Assembly: GCA_013265495.1 (NCBI GenBank) | Contig: MU058153.1 | Span: forward strand, 1,366,001-1,430,000 | Direction: 5' to 3' | From: Vicugna vicugna | Lineage: Eukaryota | DNA length: 64,000 nucleotides | In this document: positions 26,152 to 39,124 of the stretch, one piece after another | Layout: each line of letters begins with the position of its first letter | Position numbering within the stretch: position 1 is the first letter of the stretch | The notes under the pieces: model-generated | What the model was told of the DNA's origin: nothing | Database searches by the model: none | What the model saw: the letters and a program-made list of their open reading frames with translations, nothing else | Made by a program: the position numbers and the translations under genes

Positions 26152-26737
26152 TGTCACAGGGTGCAGTGGGCCAGTACTCCAGTGGTAAAAGAACTTACCA
26201 AAGACAAAGGATGAAAATGGAGTTTATCAGGTTACACTGCCATAGACAGCAGTGGGCCACACAGATGAGCGGTGCCTAATGAGCCCTGAGGGTCAGTTGC
26301 TGAGGTCTTTTATTAGAGAGGGTTCCATCAGGTACCGAGGGATCACAAGATGTATGACCTGCTCTGCACAAGTCTCTGGCTGGTTGATGTTGAGATAATA
26401 GGGCAGGGAGGGGGTCGTGGAAGGGAAGGGCTGCGCGACTCCGCAGGAGCTGTGACCTGTTGCTTCCCGGCATTGTATGGATGATCTTCTCCACTGAGGC
26501 AGGATTGTATTAGGAAAGGAGTGTTCTTTGTTATCTTTAAAGGGCAGCAGCAGGGCATCTGAGGGGCCTTGGAGCAGGAATCTGCCAGATGTCTGTGGCC
26601 CCCACACTGCATTCATGGAGTGGTTAGTATCCCTGAGGCAAAGAAGGCTAAAATGGGAGCAGCCCCATAGAAAAAGTTCCCCTGGAAGTCGCTTTTCACT
26701 TAGCATTCTTGGGTGGATCTGTGTTGGTGCCATGAAA
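26152..26737 (-). mobile_element. Probable older LTR
   Basis: Starts TGTCACAGGG, degenerate poly(A)-signal region GAGTTTATCAGG, LTR-like length. No TSD confirmed. Confidence 0.5.
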
Positions 26738-28133
26738 GGTTAGGAATTTTTCTCTTACGAGGTTTTGAATGAGAATCTCTTACCTTATCATTACTGTTAT
26801 CATGAAAATAATGGCTGGTAACAGTACTGGAGGAAGGACTTCCTGTGCATGTTACTGGAACTAAGCCTCTTCACAGGAGTTGTCTCCATGAGTTTTCACA
26901 GCACCCTATCTACAGTCCTTTCAAAGATCAAGACACAAACGGGGAGAGAAGTTAAGAAGCTTGTTCAAGGTCATTCAAATAGAAAGGAGGTGGATGTGGA
27001 ATTAAAATCTAGGCAGGATAATTCAAATCTTAAGCTTTGACAGCTCTTCTGACTCTGTGTAGAACAGAACACACTATCATGTTTACTTTTGGGGACTGTT
27101 GTTTTAAAGCAACAGTACTAATTAACAAAGACTGACATCAGATGTAACCTAGCCAGATCCCCCAGGACTCAGAATTTTTCTTTTTCAGATATTCTTTTGT
27201 ATTTTCCATAACAAAAGAGGGGAGCTGGTGAGTTACAACCCCATTACTCAACTTTAGTTTTCTTCTTTTGCCCTAACCTGAGGAATACATCCATGAGAAA
27301 TAACAAGCTGTGAATGAACTCCATAGCCTTAGAAAGGAAAGATGTCCAAAGCACTTAGCATCATATGGGAGCATCGAACCTGACGGGGGAAGCGCACACT
27401 CTAAGCCTAGGGTATTTGCTAAGTCATAACCATTTGGAAAACAGGTGAAGTGAAAGTCACCTGCTAAGTCTCAAACACGCCACAGCACATTTCAGCTGAG
27501 AATGCTTAAAAATAAAATACCGGAGAAGGCAAGCTCTTTGAAGTTACGTTTGCATGTGATCTCGTTTTCTACGCCTGCAAGGTGAGAGTTTCCTTCAAGG
27601 CTGCCACTGTCATCATTGAGCCCCAGTCACTCATTCAGTAAATGTTTATTTGACATGTACATCGTGCCACGGAGCCAGGCATGGGGGCTACCCAGGTGGG
27701 TTAATGCTCTCTTCTGTGGAGGGAAACAAGGACAGACCCTAGGAGCTTAATATCTTAATAGTATACGGTAGAGATGAGGGGAACAGATGCACATTAACAT
27801 AAAGATACATACGCTTGCCCACATATACGCATATGCTTTCTTGCCACGCTGCCGGAGAGAAATATCAATCACGCTGAAGATATTAACAGAATGTCTGGGT
27901 AGCTTCCGCCTGGATCGCGGAAGACTTCATGGGTGAGTTGAGTTTTGAAAAGTTTTGGGGAAAATGACAAAAGAAATCACGGTGGTAGAGTATGGGGATG
28001 TTTTCTGTTTTGGCAGAAATAATGACACAGAGGATCTGAGGAGTCCTCAGAATCTTCCAGGAGTGCAATTTGAATTAGGAAGCAGCTCAGGTGAAGTGGT
28101 TCATGGAGGTTCAACTATCAGGATTGATGAATT

Positions 28134-28159
28134 TGTGTGTGTGTGTGTGTGTGTGTGTG
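28134..28159. repeat. (TG)n microsatellite
   Basis: Read directly. Confidence 0.92.
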
Positions 28160-29324
28160 AATATTTGTAAGTGGAGTCTAAATAAGACAGATCAAAACAC
28201 CCTCTCCAGGTCCTGTCCTTAGAAGCTAAAGCCTTTGTAGATGAGATAATGTGTAATTATTATACTTAATTCTAGCAAAAAAAAAAAGTAAACCAAAATC
28301 CCTTTCAAAGGCTTTGACTTTAAATCAAACTGGGATAAAGCCCCATCTTTGCAAATTACTTTTTAAACTTTAAAAAATTACTTCTCTTGCCTTCAGGTCC
28401 TTTATGCAGGAGGGCTGGGAGTCAATGCATGTAAAGAACTTAGCACACTGTCAGACGCATAGTTCGTGCTCATTAAATGTTAGCTGGGTAATTATCAGTA
28501 ATACTGCTTTACTGTTTTATTAAAATATGGCATAAAAGTCATGCCCACTGACTGATGTACAATAATATGCAATTTGGTTTTTGCTTAAAAATAGGTTTAT
28601 TGAGATATCACCATATCCAGATATTGGAGCAAGCAGTGTGGAATGATAATGAATCAAGCTGAGTCCTTACCTGCAAGGGCCTCGGTGTCTGTCAGAACCC
28701 ATTTTCAACTAACCACAACGACTAGCAGGGGGTCCTGGTTTGTGCCCTGATTAGTTCCTTATTTATCTATCAATTCCTAAGAAATTCAGGGCTCTCGGAA
28801 GCATTTTTTGGTTAGGGGAAAACAGTTCAAAATGCCTCTAGCACAGTGTACTCTTGAAGCACTTTTGTACTTCAAAAAAAAATTATGTTCCAGTTAATAA
28901 AATACTTTTACCTTCATTAAGTTGTGAGGCTCACAAGAAGCCTGTGAGGTAAGCCCAGAGCTGGAGGGGATGAATGGAGGGGTGGGGAGATGAATGGAAG
29001 AAACTGGCATTTCAAGGGTCTGAATGGCTTGCGCATGGTAACAGAGCCATCCAGTAAGACAGCAGGAATTTCCTCTGCGTTATGTTGCCTCTATGGAAAA
29101 AGGGTGAGTCGCCCGTTATTCCTTGGACAGGCAGAGCCAGCTCTAAGGAAGCATCTGAGTCTCTGGTGGGTGTGTGAATGTTTCAGTTTTCTTCCTCAGC
29201 CACTCCTTCCTGTCTCTAGTCAAATATTCCCTGCTGCTCCTGGGCTGCTGGACAGCCACAAAAATCACCCCTCTGCTCCCTCCTTCTCCTTCCCCTTTGG
29301 TCAAAAATACTGTACTCTGCAATA

Positions 29325-29780
29325 ACAATAAAATGTGGAGTCTCCACGCAACGGAAAATTATTTCACAATAAAAATGAATGAAGTATTGGTCTGTCCTAT
29401 GACTTGGATGACACTTGAAAACGTTCTGTTGAGTGAAAGAAACCAGACATAAAAGATTACATATGGTATGATTCCATTTATGTGAAATGTTGAATATGAA
29501 TATGATATGGATATAGTTCAGTATGTTCAATATCAACTTGAATACAGAATAAGAAAATCTATAGAAGCACAAAGCAGGCTAGTGATTGCCTAAGGCAGGC
29601 AGAGGAGGATGGGGAATGACCAGTAAAGGGTAGGGAGTTTCCTTTGGAGGTGACCAGTTGTTTGAAAATGAGACTGTGGTGTGGTTATGAATATCCTGAA
29701 AAGACACGGAGTTGTGCATGTAAATGAATGACTCAAATTGTACGTGAATTATAGCCCGAGAGAACTATTAAAAAATAATA
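29325..29780 (+). mobile_element. L1MB-like 3' end
   Basis: TTGAAAACGTTCTGTTGAGTGAAAGAAACCAGACA...TATGATTCCATTTATGTGAAATG. Confidence 0.85.
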
Positions 29781-29789
29781 ACAGGAATG

Positions 29790-30030
29790 GCCAAAATTAA
29801 CGTAACCATGTCTTGTGTGTATGTGGTAAATACTTTGCATATATCAATATTTATTTCTTAGTTTATCCTGTAAGCAACCTTGAGGCTGGCACTATTTTTA
29901 TTTCCATTTTCTAACATGCACAAACTAGGAAAGAAGAGTTAGTCATCCAAGGTCACACAGCTGGTGAATGGCAGAGGTCAGATCTGAACTTGGGAAGTCT
30001 GGCTTAGGGATGCTGCTCTCTTAACACACG
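29790..30030 (-). mobile_element. MIR
   Basis: CCAAGGTCACACAGCTGGTGAATGGCAGAG...TCTGAAC. Confidence 0.8.
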
Positions 30031-30164
30031 CTAATCCCAGTCTTCCCCCATCATTGTATTCTCTCTGATCTGGGCACATGAGAGTAGTGACTGTGCCCAG
30101 GTCTCCCCTGTGCTCTCCCTTGCATTTATTCCTGTGTATTCTTCCTTCCCATTTATTTATTCCC

Positions 30165-31412
30165 CCCCCAACTTTGAGGTGTAATTAGTATAAAATAAAC
30201 TGGATATATTTGAAGTGTCCAATATCATAAGTTTGGGCAAATATAAGCCCTGTACAACTGTCACCTTGATCAAGATAATCAACATAATAAACTTGTCCAT
30301 CATCCACAAAAGTTTCCTCATGCTCCTCCATCCTCCTTCCGTTTCGACCGTTCTGCCCCAACTCATTTCAAAACACTATTGATCTCTTTCTGTCACTAAA
30401 GATTCATTTTTGTTTGCTAGAGTTTTATATGAAAGGAATCATACAGGATAGACTCTTTTTTTGTCCAGATTCTTTCACACAACATAATTATTCTCATACT
30501 TATTCACGTCATTTCAAGTCTCAAAAGTCTAGTTGTTTAACTTGCTGCGTAATATTCCATTATATGGGTATACCGCAGTTTGTTTCTTCATTCAGGTTTT
30601 GATGTGTTATTGGATTGTTTCTAGCTTTGGGCTATTGCAGTTAAAGATGATCTGAGTATTGGTGTACAAATCTTTGTACAGGCATGTGCATTCATTTATT
30701 TTGTGTAAATAGGAGTGGAATACCTGGATCGTATGGTAACATTTTACATTCCCACCAGCTGTGTTTGACAGTTCTAGTCCCTCCACATCCTTGGCAATAC
30801 TTTTTGGTCTTAGTCATTCCAATAGGTGTGGAGCAGTATCATATCTCATAGTGGCTTTTATGTGCATTTCCCTAATCAGTAGTGATGTTGAGCATCTTTT
30901 AATATGCTTGTTTGCCATCTATATGGCTTATGGTTTATTTGTCATCATTCTTGTTTGGGTTGTCTTTTTTCTTACTATTAGGGATTGTGAGTTCTTTGTG
31001 TATTTTGGTTATGTCTTTGATGAGATACATAGTTTGCAAATATTTTCTTCCAGTCTGTAGCTTAGCTTTCCCTCCTCTTAAAAATATCTTTAAGAATTGA
31101 AGGTTTTAATTTTGGTGAAGGCCTATTTATTATTTTTTTTCTTTTGTGCATCATGCATTTGGTATTGTATCTAAAATATTTTTGCCAAAATCAAAATCAT
31201 GAAGGTTTGTCTCCTATGTTTTTTTCTACAAGCTTTATAACTTCACGTTTCACAGTTAGGTCTATGATCCACTTTGAGTTAATTTTCGTACAAGGCATGC
31301 TGTATGGAATCAAGTTCATAGTTTTGCATGTGGATATTCAATTGTTCCAGCACTTTGTGTTTAAATGACTATCCTTTCTCCATTGAATCATCTTTGTACC
31401 TTTATCAAAAAA
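30165..31412 (-). mobile_element. L1MB/MC-like fragment
   Basis: Antisense L1 3'UTR and ORF2 end (AGTGATGTTGAGCATCTTTT, GGTCTATGATCCACTTTGAGTTAATTTT). Confidence 0.9.
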
Positions 31413-31739
31413 GTCTCTTTATCTTTGCCTATCAAAATCCCACTTATCCTTCAAGGTCAAGTTTAGATGCCTCACTCTCTAGAAAACTACCCCACATTCT
31501 CCTACTTAATATGTTTGCATTCACTTATGGTCAAGTAAAAAAAAAAAATCATCTATTAATAGTTATTATCTCCAGCTGTGGATTTGGAATGACTCATTTT
31601 GGCTAATGTACTTTGTCAGTACTATCTGAATTTTCTACCATCAGCATTTATACTTCATAGAGAAAAAAATAATTTAATTTTATGTATTTATAGTATATTC
31701 CTGGTGACACATTTACGTAGTTTTTTGTTTGTTTGTTTT

Positions 31740-32100
31740 CCTTTGTTTTGAGCAAATGAAACCCAACCAAACTGAGATATACATACACACATTCTATTGG
31801 TTCATGTAACCAAAAAATTCTCAGAACAGAGGAGCTTCAGGTTCGGCTAGATCTAGACACCCAATAGCTAGTAAGCGGAATGCATCACTGTTAATCTCAT
31901 AGCTCTGTTCTCATCAGTGCTGGCATTTTCTCAGGCAGTCTCTCCTATGTGGTGGCAAACAATGACAGGTTTATGTTACCCTGGCAACATCAGTGGATCA
32001 AGGGTAGTTTCTTCCTTATCGTCCATGTAAAAAAGTTTGTGGTTGGCCGGCCCCGAGTCACTTTGCCTTCTCAACAATTATGTTGACAGACTGACCAAGT
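31740..32100 (-). mobile_element. Old MLT1 (I/J/K-like) LTR
   Basis: ATTGGTTCATGTAACC...GCTTCAGGTTCGGCTAGATC. Confidence 0.55.
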
Positions 32101-32353
32101 TATTTGTTACCACAGAACATTAATGTTCATCATTGGTAACATAACGTAATGTTAGGTGGTCAGCCCTGTCTTAGTGTCTGAGGTTGAAGTCCTGGAAAGA
32201 ATACTGAGAAGCTATATCAAAAGAATAACTGAAACCTGGTAAAATGTCTAAAGCAATGTCTACTACTTTAAATTTTATATCACCCACAGGATCTGGCCAC
32301 ATTGCTATTGCTCAAATTTTAGAAAAGAGATAGTAGACTCAATCAGGTTCACT

Positions 32354-32820
32354 GTCATAGTTTCTTACAGCTGCTGTAACAAAGAAATCACAGACTTAGT
32401 GGCTTAAAGCAACACAGATTTATCATTTTATAGTTCTGGAGCTCAGAAATCCAAACCCAGCCCCGAGGGGATAAAATTAAAGTGTCCGCATGGTTGCCTT
32501 CCTGTGGAGGCTCCAGGTGAGGGTGTGTTTCTGGAGGCCTGGACTTGTGGCCCTTTCTTCTTTCTTCAAAGACAGCAGTGTGGCATCTTCGCTGCTCTCT
32601 CTCAGACTCTGACCTTCCTCACTGCCTCTTACAGGGATCCTTGTGAGTACAGTGGGCCCTCCTGTATAATCTGGGGTAATCTCATCTCCAAATCCTCGAC
32701 TCAGTCACCTCCGTGAGGTCCCATCTGCCACATAAGGAAACATATCCACAGGTTCACAGGATTAGGATGTGGGAATCCTTGGAGGGGTCGGGGAGGGTGG
32801 TGCATTATTCAACTAACCAT
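32354..32820 (-). mobile_element. MLT1 LTR
   Basis: GCTGCTGTAACAAAG...GTGGCTTAAAGCAACACAGATTTATCATTTTATAGTTCTGGAG...GGATTAGGATGTGG. Confidence 0.9.
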
Positions 32821-32866
32821 GGTCACAGTGATGTTAAGGGCCACTGCTGAGTGTTAATGTTGAATC

Positions 32867-33492
32867 TGTTGCCAGTGATTCAGTTCTTGTCTCGCCACAG
32901 AAAAAAATTCAGAAACAAGGTACAGAAGTTAAGAAAGTAAAGCGAGAATTTACTAAAGGATGGAGAGTACACTCCCGAGGGGAGAGCGGGCAGGCCCAGG
33001 TGAGTGGCTGCCCTGAGTTTCTTTGGCAAGTTGGTTGCATAGGGTGTAAAACTGAGCAGGCAGGACATTCACTGGGGAGGGAAGGGTTTGGGGTCGTATT
33101 CCCTGATTTTCATCTCAACTCCAACTTTCCGAAGGGAGGAAGGGTTTTTGTCCTTATTTAGTCTGGATCCGAGGTGTCATGGCATTGGTGCATGACGGTA
33201 CTTCTAATCTGTAAGGCTAATTTTATTAAAATGAGGGCATAATGAACGAGAGGTTACATTCGGACACTGGAGACTCCTGCCTTTTCCCACCTTTCTTTGT
33301 CAACCTCCAGGACACTTGTCACCCCAAAATGTATGACCACTTATCCGCCCAAAGGTTCTTGCTCTTCTTTTTCTGCCGGGGGACGCCTGGTGCTTACATG
33401 ATGTGTGGTTTCCTGCATGAGTCTTGTGCCCCTCCTTTCTGCCCAATTCCTGCCATGTGGCCTGCATCCCCCTTTGTCTGCTCATAACTCGC
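32867..33492 (-). mobile_element. Solo ERV LTR
   Basis: Starts TGTTGCC, flanked by AATC repeats (32863-32866, 33493-33496). Confidence 0.8.
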
Positions 33493-34721
33493 AATCTGCC
33501 GGCTCTAACAAATCCATGCTTCCCAAACTGAAGATCATTATCTTTTCTACTTTATCACAAACGTATCATGTCACAGAGGTTATGTATGACTTGCCAAGGT
33601 TTCACATTCTTAGAGAGCAGGGAATTTCAGCCACCATAACATACTGTATGTGTGTGTGTGGTGGGTAGTGAGGGGGAGGTTGCTTTTTTCTAAGACAACA
33701 GTTTCAACTTTTGGCCTGTTCAGCAGCAGGACAAAAAGGTTCAATTTCACTTTGCACCTTGTATCGTTCCACAGTGGCAGTTGCCTCCTTGGCCCTCCCT
33801 CTTGATTAATTAAACAATAATGTGGATTTTCTTGAACCTTCTTTATTTGATAAACTCTGTTTCTAGCAGAAGAATATAGCATCAGTAGGCAAATCACTTA
33901 ATAGTTTTCAAATGACTACTATAATTCTTTCTCAGCTGTTCCTACATGTGTGAAGACAAACAGAACAAAGGCTGTGAATAACGTAAACAATAAACCTCTG
34001 TAGGCTCAGTTATCTGATTATTTCAACAAGCATCTGGGAACAATTTTAAGTTTTTATTCTCTAACATCTTTTTAGTTTATTTGAACATTTGTAGGCATCG
34101 GCTTATAATAAGTCATTTATTTCTTCTGTGCTCTAAATTCAACTTAACAAACATTCAATGAGCCACTAATAAATGCCAGAAATCATGCTCACGTCTATGA
34201 TGGCTAAAAAGACAAAAAACAAGGAATCGCTTTCTCATGGAGTTTTCAGTCCCTGTAGAATCATACAATTACACCAATCACTATATAGTCTGGCAGAATG
34301 TAAAGGCGATGACTGAGGTAGAAACATGGTAATAGTATTTAGAGGGAGAAATATCATTCAGCTGGGGAGAATTAGGAGCAATGTAAAGTATTCTGGCGGG
34401 TGGGTGAGAATTTGCAAGGCAGAGGTAGCACAGGAGAGTGTTGTCAGTGGAAAAAACCACAAAGCAAGGAGGCAAGAAAACCTAGGACTAGTCTGGGGAA
34501 TCACAAGTCCCCTGGTTAAACGGGGCAACCGAAACATACAAGGAGTTCCCAAGAACTAAACTGTTTATGTCCGTCCAGCATCTGAAGGTATCTAATGTAT
34601 TCTTCCCAATACTCTAGCAGTTTTCAATATGTGTGTGGCGGGGAGAGGATTAGGCAAATACCTGGAGACTGACTTCAAAACCAGGGTTGGGAGGGGTGCG
34701 GGGGAGGGAGGAGGGAGGGTG

Positions 34722-34774
34722 NNNNNNNNNNNNNNNNNNNNNNNNNNNNNNNNNNNNNNNNNNNNNNNNNNNNN
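34722..34774. other. Assembly gap (53 N)
   Basis: N run after a G-rich tract. Confidence 0.97.
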
Positions 34775-34799
34775 AGCTATCTGACCCGAACAATCTGTG

Positions 34800-35310
34800 C
34801 CACAGGAAATAAACCCTGCAACAACCTCAAGAGGTTGTGTTATTGTTTCTTTATTGGAATGATGAGGAAATTGAGGCATTTTGAGATTACACATCTTGCC
34901 TGAGAACATTAAATAGTAGTGAATGGCAGAGCAAGATCGGGGGCGCGTTATAGAGAGCGAGGAATGTGGGTATAATCGAGAAGCTAATGAGAGTCTTTGA
35001 ACGTGGGCACGCCAGTCACGGGAGCCGCAGCGAGACGACAAGGCCCGTGAAGGGCTTAGCCCAGGGCCTGACGCGCAGCCAGCACGCCATCAGCGCTCCC
35101 TGCGCCTGTAAGTGGTTGCTGGGGCTCTCCGTGGCGCCTTGGGAGGAAGGCGAGACCACGGGCTGACAACCAGTCCGGGACTAGGGCAGAGCCTTCGGAG
35201 TGTGAGCTGGCGTGAAAGCTCGTGGTGTGCACCGGGAGGGGCACGTGCAAAAACCGTTACCCACGGGGGGCCTGGGGAGCCTGACAAATGAGCGAACGAA
35301 CGAAGGCGCG
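34800..35310. mobile_element. MIR and L2-tail fragments, unusually GC/CpG-rich
   Basis: GATGAGGAAATTGAGGCA (MIR core), GTGAAGGGCTTAGCCCAGGGCCTGACGCGCAG (MIR 3' arm), GAGCGAACGAACGAA (L2-like tail). Confidence 0.6.
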
Positions 35311-35859
35311 GACGTGCGGCGGGGGGGACTTCTGAAGGTGACTCTGGTTTTGAACATGAGAAACTAATTTTCACTTCACCGCCATGAAGGGAACAGCTGC
35401 CGTGCTAGGAATGACCGTGCTTACTTAAAACAGACAAACTGAGACACAGAAAGGTAAAGCAATTAGTTCAAGGTCACTCCACATTGGAAGATTTCTTTGC
35501 AAACTTAGGGAGAAGAAAAGCTTGACCTTTTTAAAGATACAATAACTAAATCTTCAGAGGAGAGAGAAGGACGAAATGACATTTTCTTTAATATGCTTCC
35601 AAAGGCAGTATTAACATTCATTTTGCCATGTCTTTCTATAGATGACAGGAACTTTAACCTCTAGCCACACATTAGGGCCAAATGAGATATGTAGAGACAC
35701 CAAGGAGTTCCCCAAAGAACGTGGGCTGAGGGTCTGTGTTTTCTTGTCCAGTGTGCTGCCTTGTTAAGCGAGAGCCAAAAAAATGACTTGACTGACCAGG
35801 TAACAACATGTAAGAGAGAGGAGAGAACTCATAGTAACTGAAAGCTTGATAAAGTATAT

Positions 35860-36115
35860 TTATTAATAAAAGCAAATGCCACAAATGCTTAGTAAGTGCG
35901 CATCCAGTGTCAGGAAATGGGCTAACTATTCCAGGTGCAGTATTTCATTTTCATCCTCATAACTGTGTGAAATGGATGTGACCAGTGACTGATGAGGTCT
36001 CTGAGGCTAGAAGAGGTTAAGTGACTGACGCAGGGTCACACAGGAAGGACCGGGAGGTAGTGGAAGCCAATATTCAAACCTCAGCTTTTGCACCCAAGTG
36101 CCCAAGGTTTTACCC
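35860..36115 (-). mobile_element. MIR
   Basis: CTGAGGCTAGAAGAGGTTAAGTGACTGACGCAGGGTCACACAG. Confidence 0.8.
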
Positions 36116-39100
36116 AATGTTGTATATATATAGTTAGAAGTTAGGAACATAAATTCTTCCTTTTGGGGGTATTTGCAGAATATATATATATAAAGACGAG
36201 GTGCATAGTTGTCATTCAGTGACCCCAAGAACAGATGTTCGAGGGACCCCATGCCTCCCTGTCGAATCTCCACCTTCGCTCCTTATCAGTGCCGTACGGT
36301 TGGCTTCCCTGTGAATCCCAGGAGTGGAGGATACAGCCGTGAACAGGACAGGCAGTGCCCCTGCTCCCACGGACAGCACCGTCCAGCAGAGGAAGATAAC
36401 TCCACAAACAGAAAGAGACAGTCAGATAAGCGTTCTGCACCAAATTAAAATATGAGCAGCTATCTCAGCTGCCTGGGAGAGAGGGCCTCTCCCAGAGGAT
36501 CAGAGCGATCAGACCCCCAGAGACCAGGGAGGGGATGTTCCCGGCAGAGGGACCGGCTTGTGCCAAGACCCCATTGTCCGCCTGGAGAGAAGGCCCTTCT
36601 GGCTGGAGATGCTAGGGTGTGGGAGCAGATGAGGTAAGATAAGGTTGTAGAAAGGCTGAGAGGAGGTTTAAGCTCGGAAAAGTAGTATTTTATAAGTCAA
36701 TATAAGGAATTTTCATTTTATTCCCAGTACAATGAGATGCCCTTTGGGTAGATCTTATCCTCTTTTACCCAGGGGCTGCTGTCCAAAAAGTTAGCTTTAA
36801 GGGTAGAGAAGAAGCTAAAGAGACCAAGAAAAACTCATTTTACCTAGACGTTATCAGTTAATATTTTATATGAATAAGACAGAATGTGAGAGCTCCCCAA
36901 CTCTTTTAGCAGCTTCATTTATATCTGAAAGGTGTGTTTTTGACACTTCAATCTATCAGTGGGTGCCATTAATCTGCATATTGTGTTACAAGAAGTGTCT
37001 TTCTTCTCAACTTTTCCTTTTCTTTTTGTTCTCGGGGAAATGAATTCATGTCATTTCCATTTGAAATCCCGTGGCATCTGACCGCACTACACTGAGTGGC
37101 ACCTTTCTAGGACTTGAAGCTTAGGCAGGTGGCATTGCTTGTCAGCAGCACCTTAAGGAGAAAGAGTCCCTGAAGTCACATGTGGAAGATGCTTTGACTC
37201 AGGTCTGTAGGTCTGCGGGTGAGGGGCGCCCAAAGGGTCGCCTCTGGTGAGTGATCCCAGCAAGCTGGCTCTTAGCATTTCTCCGGGGCTGTGTTTTGCT
37301 ATGAAAAGAACATCTCAGCAAGTGTTTCTAAGAGGTCCTCAATTTCACTTTGGAATCGGGCTTTCTGAAAAGGCTGCGCTGGGAAATTTGGGGGAGGATT
37401 TTCTGCAGTTGTCTTCTGAGACACCCAATTTGTTTTATGAAAGGCCGAATAATGTCAATCACACCATTCTGTTGATCTACATGTAAGCACTTCTCCAGGC
37501 AGACGTATTCTGATAAAAGTGTTCAATTTAAGAGACGAAAAGGGCCCTCAGAGGTCATCAGTCTAGCAAGCCCCAGACTTGAAAGTCTTTCATGTCATTA
37601 AAATGAATAGACAGTGGCTCAACAGAATGTTTCCAACTTTGGATTTTTACCGAATATTTACATTTTAAAACATTACTGAATAAGAATAAGAAAGGACATG
37701 ATAGTTGTAAAAAATATAGGAAAGAATTCATCACGAAGTGAAGATTTTTACATGAAATTCAACAAACTCCTAGGACAAACCCAGGACATTGCGCTCACTC
37801 CTCTCATTTTGCTATAGTGGACTAGCGGAAATTGAATCGGGGACAATGTTTGGGAACTGCTTGGCTCATGTAACCCTGCCTAAGGACCCCGCTACAACTT
37901 GCAGCCTGTGCTTAAACCACTCCAGTGACAATGTTGCGAGGCAACCCACTCCCTGTTCAGAAAGCTTTCCTTTCAGGTAGTGCTTTATTACATTGAATGA
38001 GAGTTATGAATAGCCTCCAAGTCTAATGTCACACATGTACACACACACGCCTACCCACGCACATATGCACAAGCAGTAAACATGCAAATTGTAACATTTT
38101 GCGGATTTGAACACTTGGCATTTCTTGTACCCATCTCCCTCTCTATGATGCCAAAGCTGCTGCCTTTCTTTGGATCCTCACGAGCTCCCTTGGTTTCCTC
38201 ATTGCTCTCCGGTGTCCAAGTTGCTCCTCTTCTGCAGGTCACTTGCATAATGCCCTTTAGAATGTCTTCTGCAATTCCCAAACTTAGCATGTCACTCCTT
38301 AACTTAATATCCCTCCGTGATAAATGATAATGATATTTGGACAAACTCCTTTCAAAAAATAAATAAATAAAAATAAAAGGATCCTTGACTGGCTGCTATA
38401 TGCAAGTTCATTTCTTGGCATTTCATCTCCTTTCTGGCCACACATCCTCCTTAGGCCCCGGCCCTGAAGGATTAGCAGTTTTCCTCAAGTACAAACGATA
38501 AATGTTTGTCTAATTCAAACTCAGGTCTATGTGATTCCAAACTTAACTGCTCTGGGCTCCACTCCATGCTCTTTCCTTAGATCAAGCAGATCCTTTTTCT
38601 GAATATACACTAATCCTTTCTAAAAAATATAAGAATCTCTGGGGGAAAATGAGAAGTTCCTAATACGTTTTCTAGTTGCGGTATTGCAGAACCCACTGAA
38701 TTTGGTACTAGATAAAATTTTGTTAAATAAATGAATGGATTCAATTAGGCTGTACTAAATTGTCATTTAGCACCTAAATGCAAATTTGTTTACTTAGTAT
38801 CTTTCTTATTGGAGAAGAAGAATACACAGAATGAGGCCTGAGGCTTATATAAAGAGGAATAAAGAGGAAAAGACACCAAAAAGGGGGGTGGAACTCTCCA
38901 AAGATAAATTTTGTTTCAGTATCATAATTTTGTCACCCTCTAACCCTACAGGTAAAAGAAGCAGAATTGAGAATAGAAAAAGAGAAAATTCAGTGGTCTT
39001 TTTAAAGTCACCACTAAAATCAATAAAACCAGTAACAAAAAAATTTAGGTATAATTAATGAGAATTAAATTAATAAATCAAATTTCAACATAGCATAATT

Positions 39101-39124
39101 ATTTTTCAGTATTCTTTGATTCAT

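Noticed and set aside
23626..26737. Intact provirus
   Set aside because: No gag/pol/env ORF or primer-binding site recognised, and the LTRs do not form a matching pair.
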